From the NCBI GenBank assembly GCA_964016885.1, contig OZ024758.1:33542001-33606000 (forward strand): a stretch of DNA of 64,000 nucleotides, read 5' to 3'. A program made the translations under genes and the position numbers. Below, piece by piece: positions 25,793-40,400 of the stretch. This stretch comes from Eledone cirrhosa (Eukaryota). Positions within the stretch are counted from its first letter, which is position 1. Each line of letters opens with the position of its first letter. A model generated the notes under the pieces. It was not told where the DNA came from, did not search any database, and saw nothing but the letters and a program-made list of their open reading frames with translations.

Positions 25793-28700
25793 ATGGTATT
25801 AGCTGTCAGAAGTAACTCCACAGTTGGTGAGAATTCATTTAAGTTCATGGTATTAGCTGTCAGAAGGAACTCCAATGTTGGTGAGAAATCATTTAAGTCA
25901 TGGTACTAGCTGTCAGAAGTAACTCCACTGTTGGTGAGAATTCATTTAAGTTCATGGTATTAGCTGTCAGAAGGAACGCCACTGTTGGTGAGAATTCATT
26001 TAAGTTCATGGTATTAGCTGTCAGAAGTAACTCCACTGTTGGTGAGAATTCATTTAAGTTCATGGTACTAGCTGTCAGAAGTAACTCCAATGTTGGTGAG
26101 AATTCATTTAAGTCATGGTATTAGCTGTCAGAAGTAACTCCATTGTTGGTGAGAATTCATTTAAGTCATGGCACTAGCTGTCAGAAGTAACTCCACTGTT
26201 GGTGAGAATTCATTTAAGTTCATGGTATTAGCTGTCAGAAGGAACTCCACTGTTGGTGAGAATTCATTTAAGTTCATGGTACTAGCTGTCAGAAGTAACT
26301 CCACTGTTGGTGAGAATTCATTTAAGTTCATGGTATTAGTTTGTCAGAAGTAACTCCACTGTTGGTGAGAATTCATTTAAGTCATGGTATTAGTTGTCAG
26401 AAGTAACTCCAATGTTGGTGAGAATTCATTTAAGTCATGGTACTAGCTGTCAGAAGTAACTCCAATGTTGGTGAGAATTCATTTAAGTTCATGGTATTAG
26501 CTGTCAGAAGGAACTCCACTGTTGGTGAGAATTCATTTAAGTTCATGGTATTAGCTGTCAGAAGTAACTCCACTGTTGGTGAGAATTCATTTAAGTTCAT
26601 GGTACTAGCTGTCAGAAGTAACTCCACTGTTGGTGAGAATTCATTTAAGTTCATGGTATTAGCTGTCAGAAGTAACTCCAATGTTGGTGAGAATTCATTT
26701 AAGTTCATGGTATTAGCTGTCAGAAGTAACTCCACTGTTGGTGAGAATTCATTTAAGTTCATGGTATTAGCTGTCAGAAGTAACTCCACTGTTGGTGAGA
26801 ATTCATTTAAGTTCATGGTACTAGCTGTCAGAAGTAACTCCACTGTTGGTGAGAATTCATTTAAGTTCATGGTAATAGTTTGTCAGAAGTAACTCCACTG
26901 TTGGTGAGAATTCATTTAAGTCATTGTATTAGTTGTCAGAAGTAACTCCAATGTTGGTGAGAATTCATTTAAGTTCATGGTACTAGCTGTCAAAAGTAAC
27001 TCCACTGTTGGTGAGAATTCATTTAAGTTCATGGTATTAGCTGTCAGATGTAACTCCACTGTTGGTGAGAATTCATTTAAGTCATGGTATTAGCTGTCAG
27101 AAGTAACTCCATTGTTGGTGAGAATTCATTTAAGTCATAGTACTAGCTGTCAGAAGTAACTCCACTGTTGGTGAGAATTCATTTAAGTTCATGGTACTAG
27201 CTGTCAGAAGTAACTCCACTGTTGGTGAGAATTCATTTAAGTTCATGGTACTAGCTGTCAGAAGTAACTCCACTGTTGGTGAGAATACATTTAAGTTCAT
27301 GGTACTAGCTGTCAGAAGTAACTCCACTGTTGGTGAGAAATCATTTAAGTTCATGGTACTAGCTGTCAGAAGTAACTCCAATGTTGGTGAGAATTCATTT
27401 AAGTTCATGGTATTAGCTGTCAGAAGTAACTCCACTGTTGGTGAGAATTCATTTAAGTTCATGGTACTAGCTGTCAGAAGTAACTCCACTGTTGGTGAGA
27501 ATTCATTTAAGTTCATGGTATTAGCTGTCAGAAGTCACTCCAATGTTGGTGAGAATTCATTTAAGTTCATGGTATTAGCTGTCAGAAGTCACTCCACTGT
27601 TGGTGAGAATTCATTTAAGTTCATGGTACTAGCTATCAGAAGTAACTCCACTGTTGGTGAGAATTCATTTAAGTTCATAGTACTAGCTGTCAGAAGTAAC
27701 TCCACTGTTGGTGAGAATTCATTTAAGTTCATGGTACTAGCTGTTAGAAGTAACTCCACTGTTTGTGAGAATTCATTTTAGTTCATGGTACTAGCTGTCA
27801 TAAGTAACTCCACTGTTGGTGAGAATTCATTTAAGTTCATGGTATTAGCTGTCAGAAGTCACTCCAATGTTGGTGAGAATTCATTTAAGTTCATGGTATT
27901 AGCTCTCAGAAGTCACTCCACTGTTGGTGAGAATTCATTTAAGTTCATGGTACTAGCTGTCAGAAGTAACCCCAATGTTGGTGAGAATTCATTTAAGTTC
28001 ATGGTATTAGCTGTCAGAAGTCACTCCAATGTTGGTGAGAATTCATTTAAGTTCATGGTATTAGCTGTCAGAAGTAACTCCACTGTTGGTGAGAATTCAT
28101 TTAAGTTCATGGTATTAGCTGTCAGAAGTAACTCCACTGTTGGTGAGAATTCATTTAAGTTCATGGTATTAGCTGTCAGAAGTAACTCCACAGTTGGTGA
28201 GAATTCATTTAAGTTCATGGTATTAGCTGTCAGAAGGAACTCCAATGTTGGTGAGAAATCATTTAAGTCATGGTACTAGCTGTCAGAAGTAACTCCACTG
28301 TTGGTGAGAATTCATTTAAGTTCATGGTATTAGCTGTCAGAAGGAACGCCACTGTTGGTGAGAATTCATTTAAGTTCATGGTATTAGCTGTCAGAAGTAA
28401 CTCCACTGTTGGTGAGAATTCATTTAAGTTCATGGTACTAGCTGTCAGAAGTAACTCCAATGTTGGTGAGAATTCATTTAAGTCATGGTATTAGCTGTCA
28501 GAAGTAACTCCATTGTTGGTGAGAATTCATTTAAGTCATGGCACTAGCTGTCAGAAGTAACTCCACTGTTGGTGAGAATTCATTTAAGTTCATGGTATTA
28601 GCTGTCAGAAGGAACTCCACTGTTGGTGAGAATTCATTTAAGTTCATGGTACTAGCTGTCAGAATTAACTCCACTGTTGGTGAGAATTCATTTAAGTTCA

Positions 28701-30639
28701 TGGTATTAGTTTGTCAGAAGTAACTCCACTGTTGGTGAGAATTCATTTAAGTCATGGTATTAGTTGTCAGAAGTAACTCCAATGTTGGTGAGAATTCATT
28801 TAAGTCATGGTACTAGCTGTCAGAAGTAACTCCAATGTTGGTGAGAATTCATTTAAGTTCATGGTATTAGCTGTCAGAAGGAACTCCACTGTTGGTGAGA
28901 ATTCATTTAAGTTCATGGTATTAGCTGTCAGAAGTAACTCCACTGTTGGTGAGAATTCATTTAAGTTCATGGTACTAGCTGTCAGAAGTAACTCCACTGT
29001 TGGTGAGAATTCATTTAAGTCATGGTATTAGCTGTCAGAAGTAACTCCAATGTTGGTGAGAATTCATTTAAGTTCATGGTATTAGCTGTCAGAAGTAACT
29101 CCACTGTTGGTGAGAATTCATTTAAGTTCATGGTATTAGCTGTCAGAAGTAACTCCACTGTTGGTGAGAATTCATTTAAGTTCATGTTACTAGCTGTCAG
29201 AAGTAACTCCACTGTTGGTGAGAATTCATTTAAGTTCATGGTATTAGCTGTCAGAAGTAACTCCAATGTTGGTGAGAATTCATTTAAGTTCATGGTATTA
29301 GCTGTCAGAAGTAACTCCACTGTTGGTGAGAATTCATTTAAGTTCATGGTATTAGCTGTCAGAAGTAACTCCACTGTTGGTGAGAATTCATTTAAGTTCA
29401 TGGTACTAGCTGTCAGAAGTAACTCCACTGTTGGTGAGAATTCATTAAAGTTCATGGTAATAGTTTGTCAGAAGTAACTCCACTGTTGGTGAGAATTCAT
29501 TTAAGTCATGGTATTAGTTGTCAGAAGTAACTCCAATGTTGGTGAGAATTCATTTAAGTTCATGGTACTAGCTGTCAAAAGTAACTCCACTGTTGGTGAG
29601 AATTCATTTAAGTTCATGGTATTAGCTGTCAGAAGTAACTCCACTGTTGGTGAGAATTCATTTAAGTCATGGTATTAGCTGTCAGAAGTAACTCCATTGT
29701 TGGTGAGAATTCATTTAAGTCATGGTACTAGCTGTCAGAAGTAACTCCACTGTTGGTGAGAATTCATTTAAGTTTATGGTACTAGCTGTCAGAAGTAACT
29801 CCACTGTTGGTGAAAATTCATTTAAGTTCATGGTACTAGCTGTCAGAAGTAACTCCACTGTTGGTGAGAATTCATTTAAGTTCATGGTACTAGCTGTCAG
29901 AAGTAACTCCACTGTTGGTGAGAAATCATTTAAGTTCATGGTACAAGCTGTCAGAAGTAACTCCAATGTTGGTGAGAATTCATTTAAGTTCATGGTATTA
30001 GCTGTCAGAAGTAACTCCACTGTTGGTGAGAATTCATTTAAGTTCATACTACTAGCTGTCAGAAGTAACTCCACTGTTGGTGAGAATTCATTTAAGTTCA
30101 TGGTATTAGCTGTCAGAAGTCACTCCAATGTTGGTGAGAATTCATTTAAGTTCATGGTACTAGCTGTCAGAAGTCACTCCACTGTTGGTGAGAATTCATT
30201 TAAGTTCATGGTACTAGCTGTCAGAAGTAACCCCAATGTTTGTGAGAATTCATTTAAGTTCATGGTATTAGCTGTCAGAAGTCACTCCAATGTTGGTGAG
30301 AATTCATTTAAGTTCATAGTACTAGCTGTCAGAAGTAACTCCACTGTTGGTGAGAATTCATTTAAGTTCATGGTACTAGCTGTTAGAAGTAACTCCACTG
30401 TTGGTGAGAATTCATTTAAGTTCATGGTACTAGCTGTCATAAGTAACTCCACTGTTGGTGAGAATTCATTTAAGTTCATGGTATTAGCTGTCAGAAGTCA
30501 CTCCAATGTTGGTGAGAATTCATTTAAGTTCATGGTATTAGCTCTCAGAAGTCACTCCACTGTTGGTGAGAATTCATTTAAGTTCATGGTACTAGCTGTC
30601 AGAAGTAACCCCAATGTTGGTGAGAATTCATTTAAGTTC

Positions 30640-33600
30640 ATGGTATTAGCTGTCAGAAGTCACTCCAATGTTGATGAGAATTCATTTAAGTTCATGGTAT
30701 TAGCTGTCAGAAGTAACTCCACTGTTGGTGAGAATTCATTTAAGTTCATGGTATTAGCTGTCAGAAGTAACTCCACTGTTGGTGAGAATTCATTTAAGTT
30801 CATGGTATTAGCTGTCAGAAGTAACTCCACAGTTGGTGAGAATTCATTTAAGTTCATGGTATTAGCTGTCAGAAGGAACTCCAATGTTGGTGAGAAATCA
30901 TTTAAGTCATGGTACTAGCTGTCAGAAGTAACTCCACTGTTGGTGAGAATTCATTTAAGTTCATGGTATTAGCTGTCAGAAGGAACGCCACTGTTGGTGA
31001 GAATTCATTTAAGTTCATGGTATTAGCTGTCAGAAGTAACTCCACTGTTGGTGAGAATTCATTTAAGTTCATGGTACTAGCTGTCAGAAGTAACTCCAAT
31101 GTTGGTGAGAATTCATTTAAGTCATGGTATTAGCTGTCAGAAGTAACTCCATTGTTGGTGAGAATTCATTTAAGTCATGGCACTAGCTGTCAGAAGTAAC
31201 TCCACTGTTGGTGAGAATTCATTTAAGTTCATGGTATTAGCTGTCAGAAGGAACTCCACTGTTGGTGAGAATTCATTTAAGTTCATGGTACTAGCTGTCA
31301 GAAGTAACTCCACTGTTGGTGAGAATTCATTTAAGTTCATGGTATTAGTTTGTCAGAAGTAACTCCACTGTTGGTGAGAATTCATTTAAGTCATGGTATT
31401 AGTTGTCAGAAGTAACTCCACTGTTGGTGAGAATTCATTTAAGTCATGGTACTAGCTGTCAGAAGTAACTCCAATGTTGGTGAGAATTCATTTAAGTTCA
31501 TGGTATTAGCTGTCAGAAGGAACTCCACTGTTGGTGAGAATTCATTTAAGTTCATGGTATTAGCTGTCAGAAGTAACTCCACTGTTGGTGAGAATTCATT
31601 TAAGTTCATGGTACTAGCTGTCAGAAGTAACTCCACTGTTGGTGAGAATTCATTTAAGTCATGGTATTAGCTGTCAGAAGTAACTCCAATGTTAGTGAGA
31701 ATTCATTTAAGTTCATGGTATTAGCTGTCAGAAGTAACTCCACTGTTGGTGAGAATTCATTTAAGTTCATGGTATTAGCTGTCAGAAGTAACTCCACTGT
31801 TGGTGAGAATTCATTTAAGTTCATGTTACTAGCTGTCAGAAGTAACTCCACTGTTGGTGAGAATTCATTTAAGTTCATGGTATTAGCTGTCAGAAGTAAC
31901 TCCAATGTTGGTGAGAATTCATTTAAGTTCATGGTATTAGCTGTCAGAAGTAACTCCACTGTTGGTGAGAATTCATTTAAGTTCATGGTATTAGCTGTCA
32001 GAAGTAACTCCACTGTTGGTGAGAATTCATTTAAGTTCATGGTACTAGCTGTCAGAAGTAACTCCACTGTTGGTGAGAATTCATTTAAGTTCATGGTAAT
32101 AGTTTGTCAGAAGTAACTCCACTGTTGGTGAGAATTCATTTCAGTCATGGTATTAGTTGTCAGAAGTAACTCCAATGTTGGTGAGAATTCATTTAAGTTC
32201 ATGGTACTAGCTGTCAAAAGTAACTCCACTGTTGGTGAGAATTTATTTAAGTTCATGGTATTAGCTGTCAGAAGTAACTCCACTGTTGGTGAGAATTCAT
32301 TTAAGTCATGGTATTAGCTGTCAGAAGTAACTCCATTGTTGGTGAGAATTCATTTAAGTCATGGTACTAGCTGTCAGAAGTAACTCCACTGTTGGTGAGA
32401 ATTCATTTAAGTTCATGGTACTAGCAGTCAGAAGTAACTCCACTGTTGGTGAGAATTCATTTAAGTTCATGGTACTAGCTGTCAGAAGTAACTCCACTGT
32501 TGGTGAGAATTCATTTAAGTTCATGGTACTAGCTGTCAGAAGTAACTCCACTATTGGTGAGAAATCATTTAAGTTCATGGTACTAGCTGTCAGAAGTAAC
32601 TCCAATGTTGGTGAGAATTCATTTAAGTTCATGGTATTAGCTGTCAGAAGTAACTCCACTGTTGGTGAGAATTCATTTAAGTTCATGGTACTAGCTGTCA
32701 GAAGTAACTCCACTGTTGGTGAGAATTCATTTAAGTTCATGGTATTAGCTGTCAGAAGTCACTCCAATGTTGGTGAGAATTCATTTAAGTTCATGGTATT
32801 AGCTGTCAGAAGTCACTCCACTGTTGGTGAGAATTCATTTAAGTTCATGGTACTAGCTGTCAGAAGTAACCCCAATGTTTGTGAGAATTCATTTAAGTTC
32901 ATGGTATTAGCTGTCACAAGTCACTCCAATGTTGGTGAGAATTCATTTAAGTTCATGGTATTAGCTGTCAGAAGTAACTCCACTGTTGGTGAGAATTCAT
33001 TTAAGTTCATGGTATTAGCTGTCAGAAGTAACTCCACTGTTGGTGAGAATTCATTTAAGTTCATGGTATTAGCTGTCAGAAGTAACTCCACAGTTGGTGA
33101 GAATTCATTTAAGTTCATGGTATTAGCTGTCAGAAGGAACTCCAATGTTGGTGAGAAATCATTTAAGTCATGGTACTAGCTGTCAGAAGTAACTCCACTG
33201 TTGGTGAGAATTCATTTAAGTTCATGGTATTAGCTGTCAGAAGGAACGCCACTGTTGGTGAGAATTCATTTAAGTTCATGGTATTAGCTGTCAGAAGTAA
33301 CTCCACTGTTGGTGAGAATTCATTTAAGTTCATGGTACTAGCTGTCAGAAGTAACTCCAATGTTGGTGAGAATTCATTTAAGTCATGGTATTAGCTGTCA
33401 GAAGTAACTCCATTGTTGGTGAGAATTCATTTAAGTCATGGCACTAGCTGTCAGAAGTAACTCCACTGTTGGTGAGAATTCATTTAAGTTCATGGTATTA
33501 GCTGTCAGAAGGAACTCCACTGTTGGTGAGAATTCATTTAAGTTCATGGTACTAGCTGTCAGAAGTAACTCCACTGTTGGTGAGAATTCATTTAAGTTCA

Positions 33601-35320
33601 TGGTATTAGTTTGTCAGAAGTAACTCCACTGTTGGTGAGAATTCATTTAAGTCATGGTATTAGTTGTCAGAAGTAACTCCACTGTTGGTGAGAATTCATT
33701 TAAGTCATGGTACTAGCTGTCAGAAGTAACTCCAATGTTGGTGAGAATTCATTTAAGTTCATGGTATTAGCTGTCAGAAGGAACTCCACTGTTGGTGAGA
33801 ATTCATTTAAGTTCATGGTATTAGCTGTCAGAAGTAACTCCACTGTTGGTGAGAATTCATTTAAGTTCATGGTACTAGCTGTCAGAAGTAACTCCACTGT
33901 TGGTGAGAATTCATTTAAGTCATGGTATTAGCTGTCAGAAGTAACTCCAATGTTGGTGAGAATTCATTTAAGTTCATGGTATTAGCTGTCAGAAGTAACT
34001 CCACTGTTGGTGAGAATTCATTTAAGTTCATGGTATTAGCTGTCAGAAGTAACTCCACTGTTGGTGAGAATTCATTTAAGTTCATGTTACTAGCTGTCAG
34101 AAGTAACTCCACTGTTGGTGAGAATTCATTTAAGTTCATGGTATTAGCTGTCAGAAGTAACTCCAATGTTGGTGAGAATTCATTTAAGTTCATGGTATTA
34201 GCTGTCAGAAGTAACTCCACTGTTGGTGAGAATTCATTTAAGTTCATGGTATTAGCTGTCAGAAGTAACTCCACTGTTGGTGAGAATTCATTTAAGTTCA
34301 TGGTACTAGCTGTCAGAAGTAACTCCACTGTTGGTGAGAATTCATTTAAGTTCATGGTAATAGTTTGTCAGAAGTAACTCCACTGTTGGTGAGAATTCAT
34401 TTCAGTCATGGTATTAGTTGTCAGAAGTAACTCCAATGTTGGTGAGAATTCATTTAAGTTCATGGTACTAGCTGTCAAAAGTAACTCCACTGTTGGTGAG
34501 AATTTATTTAAGTTCATGGTATTAGCTGTCAGAAGTAACTCCACTGTTGGTGAGAATTCATTTAAGTCATGGTATTAGCTGTCAGAAGTAACTCCATTGT
34601 TGGTGAGAATTCATTTAAGTCATGGTACTAGCTGTCAGAAGTAACTCCACTGTTGGTGAGAATTCATTTAAGTTCATGGTACTAGCTGTCAGAAGTAACT
34701 CCACTGTTGGTGAGAATTCATTTAAGTTCATGGTACTAGCTGTCAGAAGTAACTCCACTGTTGGTGAGAATTCATTTAAGTTCATGGTACTAGCTGTCAG
34801 AAGTAACTCCACTATTGGTGAGAAATCATTTAAGTTCATGGTACTAGCTGTCAGAAGTAACTCCAATGTTGGTGAGAATTCATTTAAGTTCATGGTATTA
34901 GCTGTCAGAAGTAACTCCACTGTTGGTGAGAATTCATTTAAGTTCATGGTACTAGCTGTCAGAAGTAACTCCACTGTTGGTGAGAATTCATTTAAGTTCA
35001 TGGTATTAGCTGTCAGAAGTCACTCCAATGTTGGTGAGAATTCATTTAAGTTCATGGTATTAGCTGTCAGAAGTCACTCCACTGTTGGTGAGAATTCATT
35101 TAAGTTCATGGTACTAGCTGTCAGAAGTAACCCCAATGTTTGTGAGAATTCATTTAAGTTCATGGTATTAGCTGTCAGAAGTCACTCCAATGTTGGTGAG
35201 AATTCATTTAAGTTCATGGTATTAGCTGTCAGAAGTAACTCCACTGTTGGTGAGAATTCATTTAAGTTCATGGTATTAGCTGTCAGAAGTAACTCCACTG
35301 TTGGTGAGAATTCATTTAAG
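30640..35320. repeat. 42-monomer (2261 bp) higher-order repeat, ~2 tandem copies with degenerate flanking copies
   Basis: ORF pairs 30909/33170, 31177/33438, 31661/33922 and 32361/34622 are all offset by 2261. Private variants TTTCAGTC (~32140/34401), AATTTATTT (~32240/34501) and ACTATTGG (~32550/34811) are shared. Confidence 0.9.
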
Positions 35321-37474
35321 TTCATGGTATTAGCTGTCAGAAGTAACTCCACTGTTGGTGAGAATTCATTTAAGTTCATGGTATTAGCTGTCAGAAGTAA
35401 CTCCACTGTTGGTGAGAATTCATTTAAGTCATGGTATTAGCTGTCAGAAGTAACTCCAATGTTGGTGAGAATTCATTTAAGTTCATGGTATTAGCTGTCA
35501 GAAGTAACTCCACTGTTGGTGAGAATTCATTTAAGTTCATGGTATTAGCTGTCAGAAGTAACTCCACTGTTGGTGAGAATTCATTTAAGTTCATGGTACT
35601 AGCTGTCAGAAGTAACTCCAATGTTGGTGAGAATTCATTTAAGTCATGGTATTAGCTGTCAGAAGTAACTCCATTGTTGGTGAGAATTCATTTAAGTCAT
35701 GGCACTAGCTGTCAGAAGTAACTCCACTGTTGGTGAGAATTCATTTAAGTTCATGGTATTAGCTGTCAGAAGTAACTCCACTGTTGGTGAGAATTCATTT
35801 AAGTTCATGGTACTAGCTGTCAGAAGTAACTCCACTGTTGGTGAGAATTCATTTAAGTTCATGGTATTAGTTTGTCAGAAGTAACTCCACTGTTGGTGAG
35901 AATTCATTTAAGTCATGGTATTAGTTGTCAGAAGTAACTCCAATGTTGGTGAGAATTCATTTAAGTCATGGTACTAGCTGTCAGAAGTAACTCCAATGTT
36001 GGTGAGAATTCATTTAAGTTCATGGTATTAGCTGTCAGAAGGAACTCCACTGTTGGTGAGAATTCATTTAAGTTCATGGTATTAGCTGTCAGAAGTAACT
36101 CCACTGTTGGTGAGAATTCATTTAAGTTCATGGTACTAGCTGTCAGAAGTAACTCCACTGTTGGTGAGAATTCATTTAAGTCATGGTATTAGCTGTCAGA
36201 AGTAACTCCAATGTTGGTGAGAATTCATTTAAGTTCATGGTATTAGCTGTCAGAAGTAACTCCACTGTTGGTGAGAATTCATTTAAGTTCATGGTATTAG
36301 CTGTCAGAAGTAACTCCACTGTTGGTGAGAATTCATTTAAGTTCATGTTACTAGCTGTCAGAAGTAACTCCACTGTTGGTGAGAATTCATTTAAGTTCAT
36401 GGTATTAGCTGTCAGAAGTAACTCCACTGTTGGTGAGAATTCATTTAAGTTCATGGTATTAGCTGTCAGAAGTAACTCCACTGTTGGTGAGAATTCATTT
36501 AAGTTCATGGTATTAGCTGTCAGAAGTAACTTCACTGTTGGTGAGAATTCATTTAAGTCATGGTATTAGCTGTCAGAAGTAACTCCAATGTTGGTGAGAA
36601 TTCATTTAAGTTCATGGTATTAGCTGTCAGAAGTAACTCCACTGTTGGTGAGAATTCATTTAAGTTCATGGTATTAGTTGTCAGAAGTAACTCCAATGTT
36701 GGTGAGAATTCATTTAAGTTCATGGTACTAGCTGTCAGAAGTAACTCCATTGTTGGTGAGAATTCATTTAAGTTCATGGTACTAGCTGTCAGAAGTAACT
36801 CCACTGTTGGTGAGAATTCATTTAAGTTCATGGTATTAGTTTGTCAGAAGTAACTCCACTGTTGGTGAGAATTCATTTAAGTCATGGTATTAGTTGTCAG
36901 AAGTAACTCCAATGTTGGTGAGAATTCATTTAAGTCATGGTACTAGCTGTCAGAAGTAACTCCAATGTTGGTGAGAATTCATTTAAGTTCATGGTATTAG
37001 CTGTCAGAAGGAACTCCACTGTTGGTGAGAATTCATTTAAGTTCATGGTATTAGCTGTCAGAAGTAACTCAACTGTTGGTGAGAATTCATTTAAATTCAT
37101 GGTACTAGCTGTCAGAAGTAACTCCAATGTTGGTGAGAATTCATTTAAGTTCATGGTATTAGCTGTCAGAAGTAACTCCACTGTTGGTGAGAATTCATTT
37201 AAGTCATGGTATTAGCTGTCAGAAGTAACTCCAATGTTGGTGAGAATTCATTTAAGTTCATGGTATTAGCTGTCAGAAGTAACTCCACTGTTGGTGAGAA
37301 TTCATTTAAGTTCATGGTATTAGCTGTCAGAAGTAACTCCACTGTTGGTGAGAATTCATTTAAGTTCATGGTACTAGCTGTCAGAAGTAACTCCACTGTT
37401 GGTGAGAATTCATTTAAGTTCATGGTATTAGCTGTCAGAAGTAACTCCACTGTTGGTGAGAATTCATTTAAGTT

Positions 37475-40400
37475 CATGGTATTAGCTGTCAGAAGTAACT
37501 CCACTGTTGGTGAGAATTCATTTAAGTTCATGGTATTAGCTGTCAGAAGTAACTCCACTGTTGGTGAGAATTCATTTAAGTCATGGTATTAGCTGTCAGA
37601 AGTAACTCCAATGTTGGTGAGAATTCATTTAAGTTCATGGTATTAGCTGTCAGAAGTAACTCCACTGTTGGTGAGAATTCATTTAAGTTCATGGTATTAG
37701 CTGTCAGAAGTAACTCCACTGTTGGTGAGAATTCATTTAAGTTCATGGTACTAGCTGTCAGAAGTAACTCCAATGTTGGTGAGAATTCATTTAAGTCATG
37801 GTATTAGCTGTCAGAAGTAACTCCATTGTTGGTGAGAATTCATTTAAGTCATGGCACTAGCTGTCAGAAGTAACTCCACTGTTGGTGAGAATTCATTTAA
37901 GTTCATGGTATTAGCTGTCAGAAGGAACTCCACTGTTGGTGAGAATTCATTTAAGTTCATGGTACTAGCTGTCAGAAGTAACTCCACTGTTGGTGAGAAT
38001 TCATTTAAGTTCATGGTATTAGTTTGTCAGAAGTAACTCCACTGTTGGTGAGAATTCATTTAAGTCATGGTATTAGTTGTCAGAAGTAACTCCAATGTTG
38101 GTGAGAATTCATTTAAGTCATGGTACTAGCTGTCAGAAGTAACTCCAATGTTGGTGAGAATTCATTTAAGTTCATGGTATTAGCTGTCAGAAGGAACTCC
38201 ACTGTTGGTGAGAATTCATTTAAGTTCATGGTATTAGCTGTCAGAAGTAACTCCACTGTTGGTGAGAATTCATTTAAGTTCATGGTACTAGCTGTCAGAA
38301 GTAACTCCACTGTTGGTGAGAATTCATTTAAGTCATGGTATTAGCTGTCAGAAGTAACTCCAATGTTGGTGAGAATTCATTTAAGTTCATGGTATTAGCT
38401 GTCAGAAGTAACTCCACTGTTGGTGAGAATTCATTTAAGTTCATGGTATTAGCTGTCAGAAGTAACTCCACTGTTGGTGAGAATTCATTTAAGTTCATGT
38501 TACTAGCTGTCAGAAGTAACTCCACTGTTGGTGAGAATTCATTTAAGTTCATGGTATTAGCTGTCAGAAGTAACTCCAATGTTGGTGAGAATTCATTTAA
38601 GTTCATGGTATTAGCTGTCAGAAGTAACTCCACTGTTGGTGAGAATTCATTTAAGTTCATGGTATTAGCTGTCAGAAGTAACTCCACTGTTGGTGAGAAT
38701 TCATTTAAGTTCATGGTATTAGCTGTCAGAAGTAACTCCACTGTTGGTGAGAATTCATTTAAGTTCATGGTACTAGCTGTCAGAAGTAACTCCACTGTTG
38801 GTGAGAATTCATTTACGTTCATGGTATTAGTTTGTCAGAAGTAACTCCACTGTTGGTGAGAATTCATTTAAGTTCATAGTATTAGCTGTCAGAAGGTACG
38901 CCACTGTTGGTGAGAATTCATTTAAGTTCATGGTATTAGCTGTCAGAAGTAACTCCACTGTTGGTGAGAATCCATTTAAGTTCATGGTATTAGCTGTCAG
39001 AAGTAACTCCACTGTTGGTGAGAATTCATTTAAGTTCATGTTACTAGCTGTCAGAAGTAACTCCACTGTTGGTGAGAATTCATTTAAGTTCATGGTATTA
39101 GCTGTCAGAAGTAACTCCAATGTTGGTGAGAATTCATTTAAGTTCATGGTATTAGCTGTCAGAAGTAACTCCACTGTTGGTGAGAATTCATTTAAGTTCA
39201 TGGTATTAGCTGTCAGAAGTAACTCCACTGTTGGTGAGAATTCATTTAAGTTCATGGTACTAGCTGTCAGAAGTAACTCCACTGTTGGTGAGAATTCATT
39301 TAAGTTCATGGTACTAGCTGTCAGAAGTAACTCCACTGTTGGTGAGAAATCATTTAAGTTCATGGTACTAGCTGTCAGAAGTAACTCCAATGTTGGTGAG
39401 AATTCATTTAAGTTCATGGTATTAGCTGTCAGAAGTAACTTCACTGTTGGTGAGAATTCATTTAAGTTCATGGTACTAGCTGTCAGAAGTAACTCCAATG
39501 TTGGTGAGAATTCATTCAAGTTCATGGTATTAGCTGTCAGAAGTCACTCCAATGTTGGTGAGAATTCATTTAAGTTCATGGTATTAGCTGTCAGAAGTCA
39601 CTCCACTGTTGGTGAGAATTCATTTAAGTTCATGGTACTAGCTGTCAGAAGTAACACCAATGTTTGTGAGAATTCATTTAAGTTCATGGTATTAGCTGTC
39701 AGAAGTCACTCCAATGTTGGTGAGAATTCATTTAAGTTCATGGTATTAGCTGTCAGAAGTAACTCCACTGTTGGTGAGAATTCATTTAAGTTCATGGTAT
39801 TAGCTGTCAGAATTAACTCCACTGTTGGTGAGAATTCATTTAAGTTCATGGTATTAGCTGTCAGAAGTAACTCCACTGTTGGTGAGAATTCATTTAAGTT
39901 CATGGTATTAGCTGTCAGAAGTAACTCCACTGTTGGTGAGAATTCATTTAAGTCATGGTATTAGCTGTCAGAAGTAACTCCAATGTTGGTGAGAATTCAT
40001 TTAAGTTCATGGTATTAGCTGTCAGAAGTAACTCCACTGTTGGTGAGAATTCATTTAAGTTCATGGTATTAGCTGTCAGAAGTAACTCCACTGTTGGTGA
40101 GAATTCATTTAAGTTCATGGTACTAGCTGTCAGAAGTAACTCCAATGTTGGTGAGAATTCATTTAAGTCATGGTATTAGCTGTCAGAAGTAACTCCATTG
40201 TTGGTGAGAATTCATTTAAGTCATGGCACTAGCTGTCAGAAGTAACTCCACTGTTGGTGAGAATTCATTTAAGTTCATGGTATTAGCTGTCAGAAGGAAC
40301 TCCACTGTTGGTGAGAATTCATTTAAGTTCATGGTACTAGCTGTCAGAAGTAACTCCACTGTTGGTGAGAATTCATTTAAGTTCATGGTATTAGTTTGTC

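Noticed and set aside
29722-30918. Long plus-strand ORFs of MVLAVRSNSTVGENSFKF repeats (up to 398 aa; also 5-1162, 14320-15369, 38930-39964)
   Set aside because: 54 is divisible by 3 and each monomer contains an ATG. At this base composition about 28% of 18-codon frames lack a stop, so about 1.7 of 6 open frames are expected and 2 are seen. The ORFs simply track indel-free runs, frameshifts are frequent, many common variants are non-synonymous, and there are no unique termini.
38827-39525. Minus-strand MNLNEFSPTVELLLTANT repeat ORFs
   Set aside because: This is the same artefact as on the plus strand. The common AGTCAC variant creates a TGA stop in this frame, and indels break it repeatedly.
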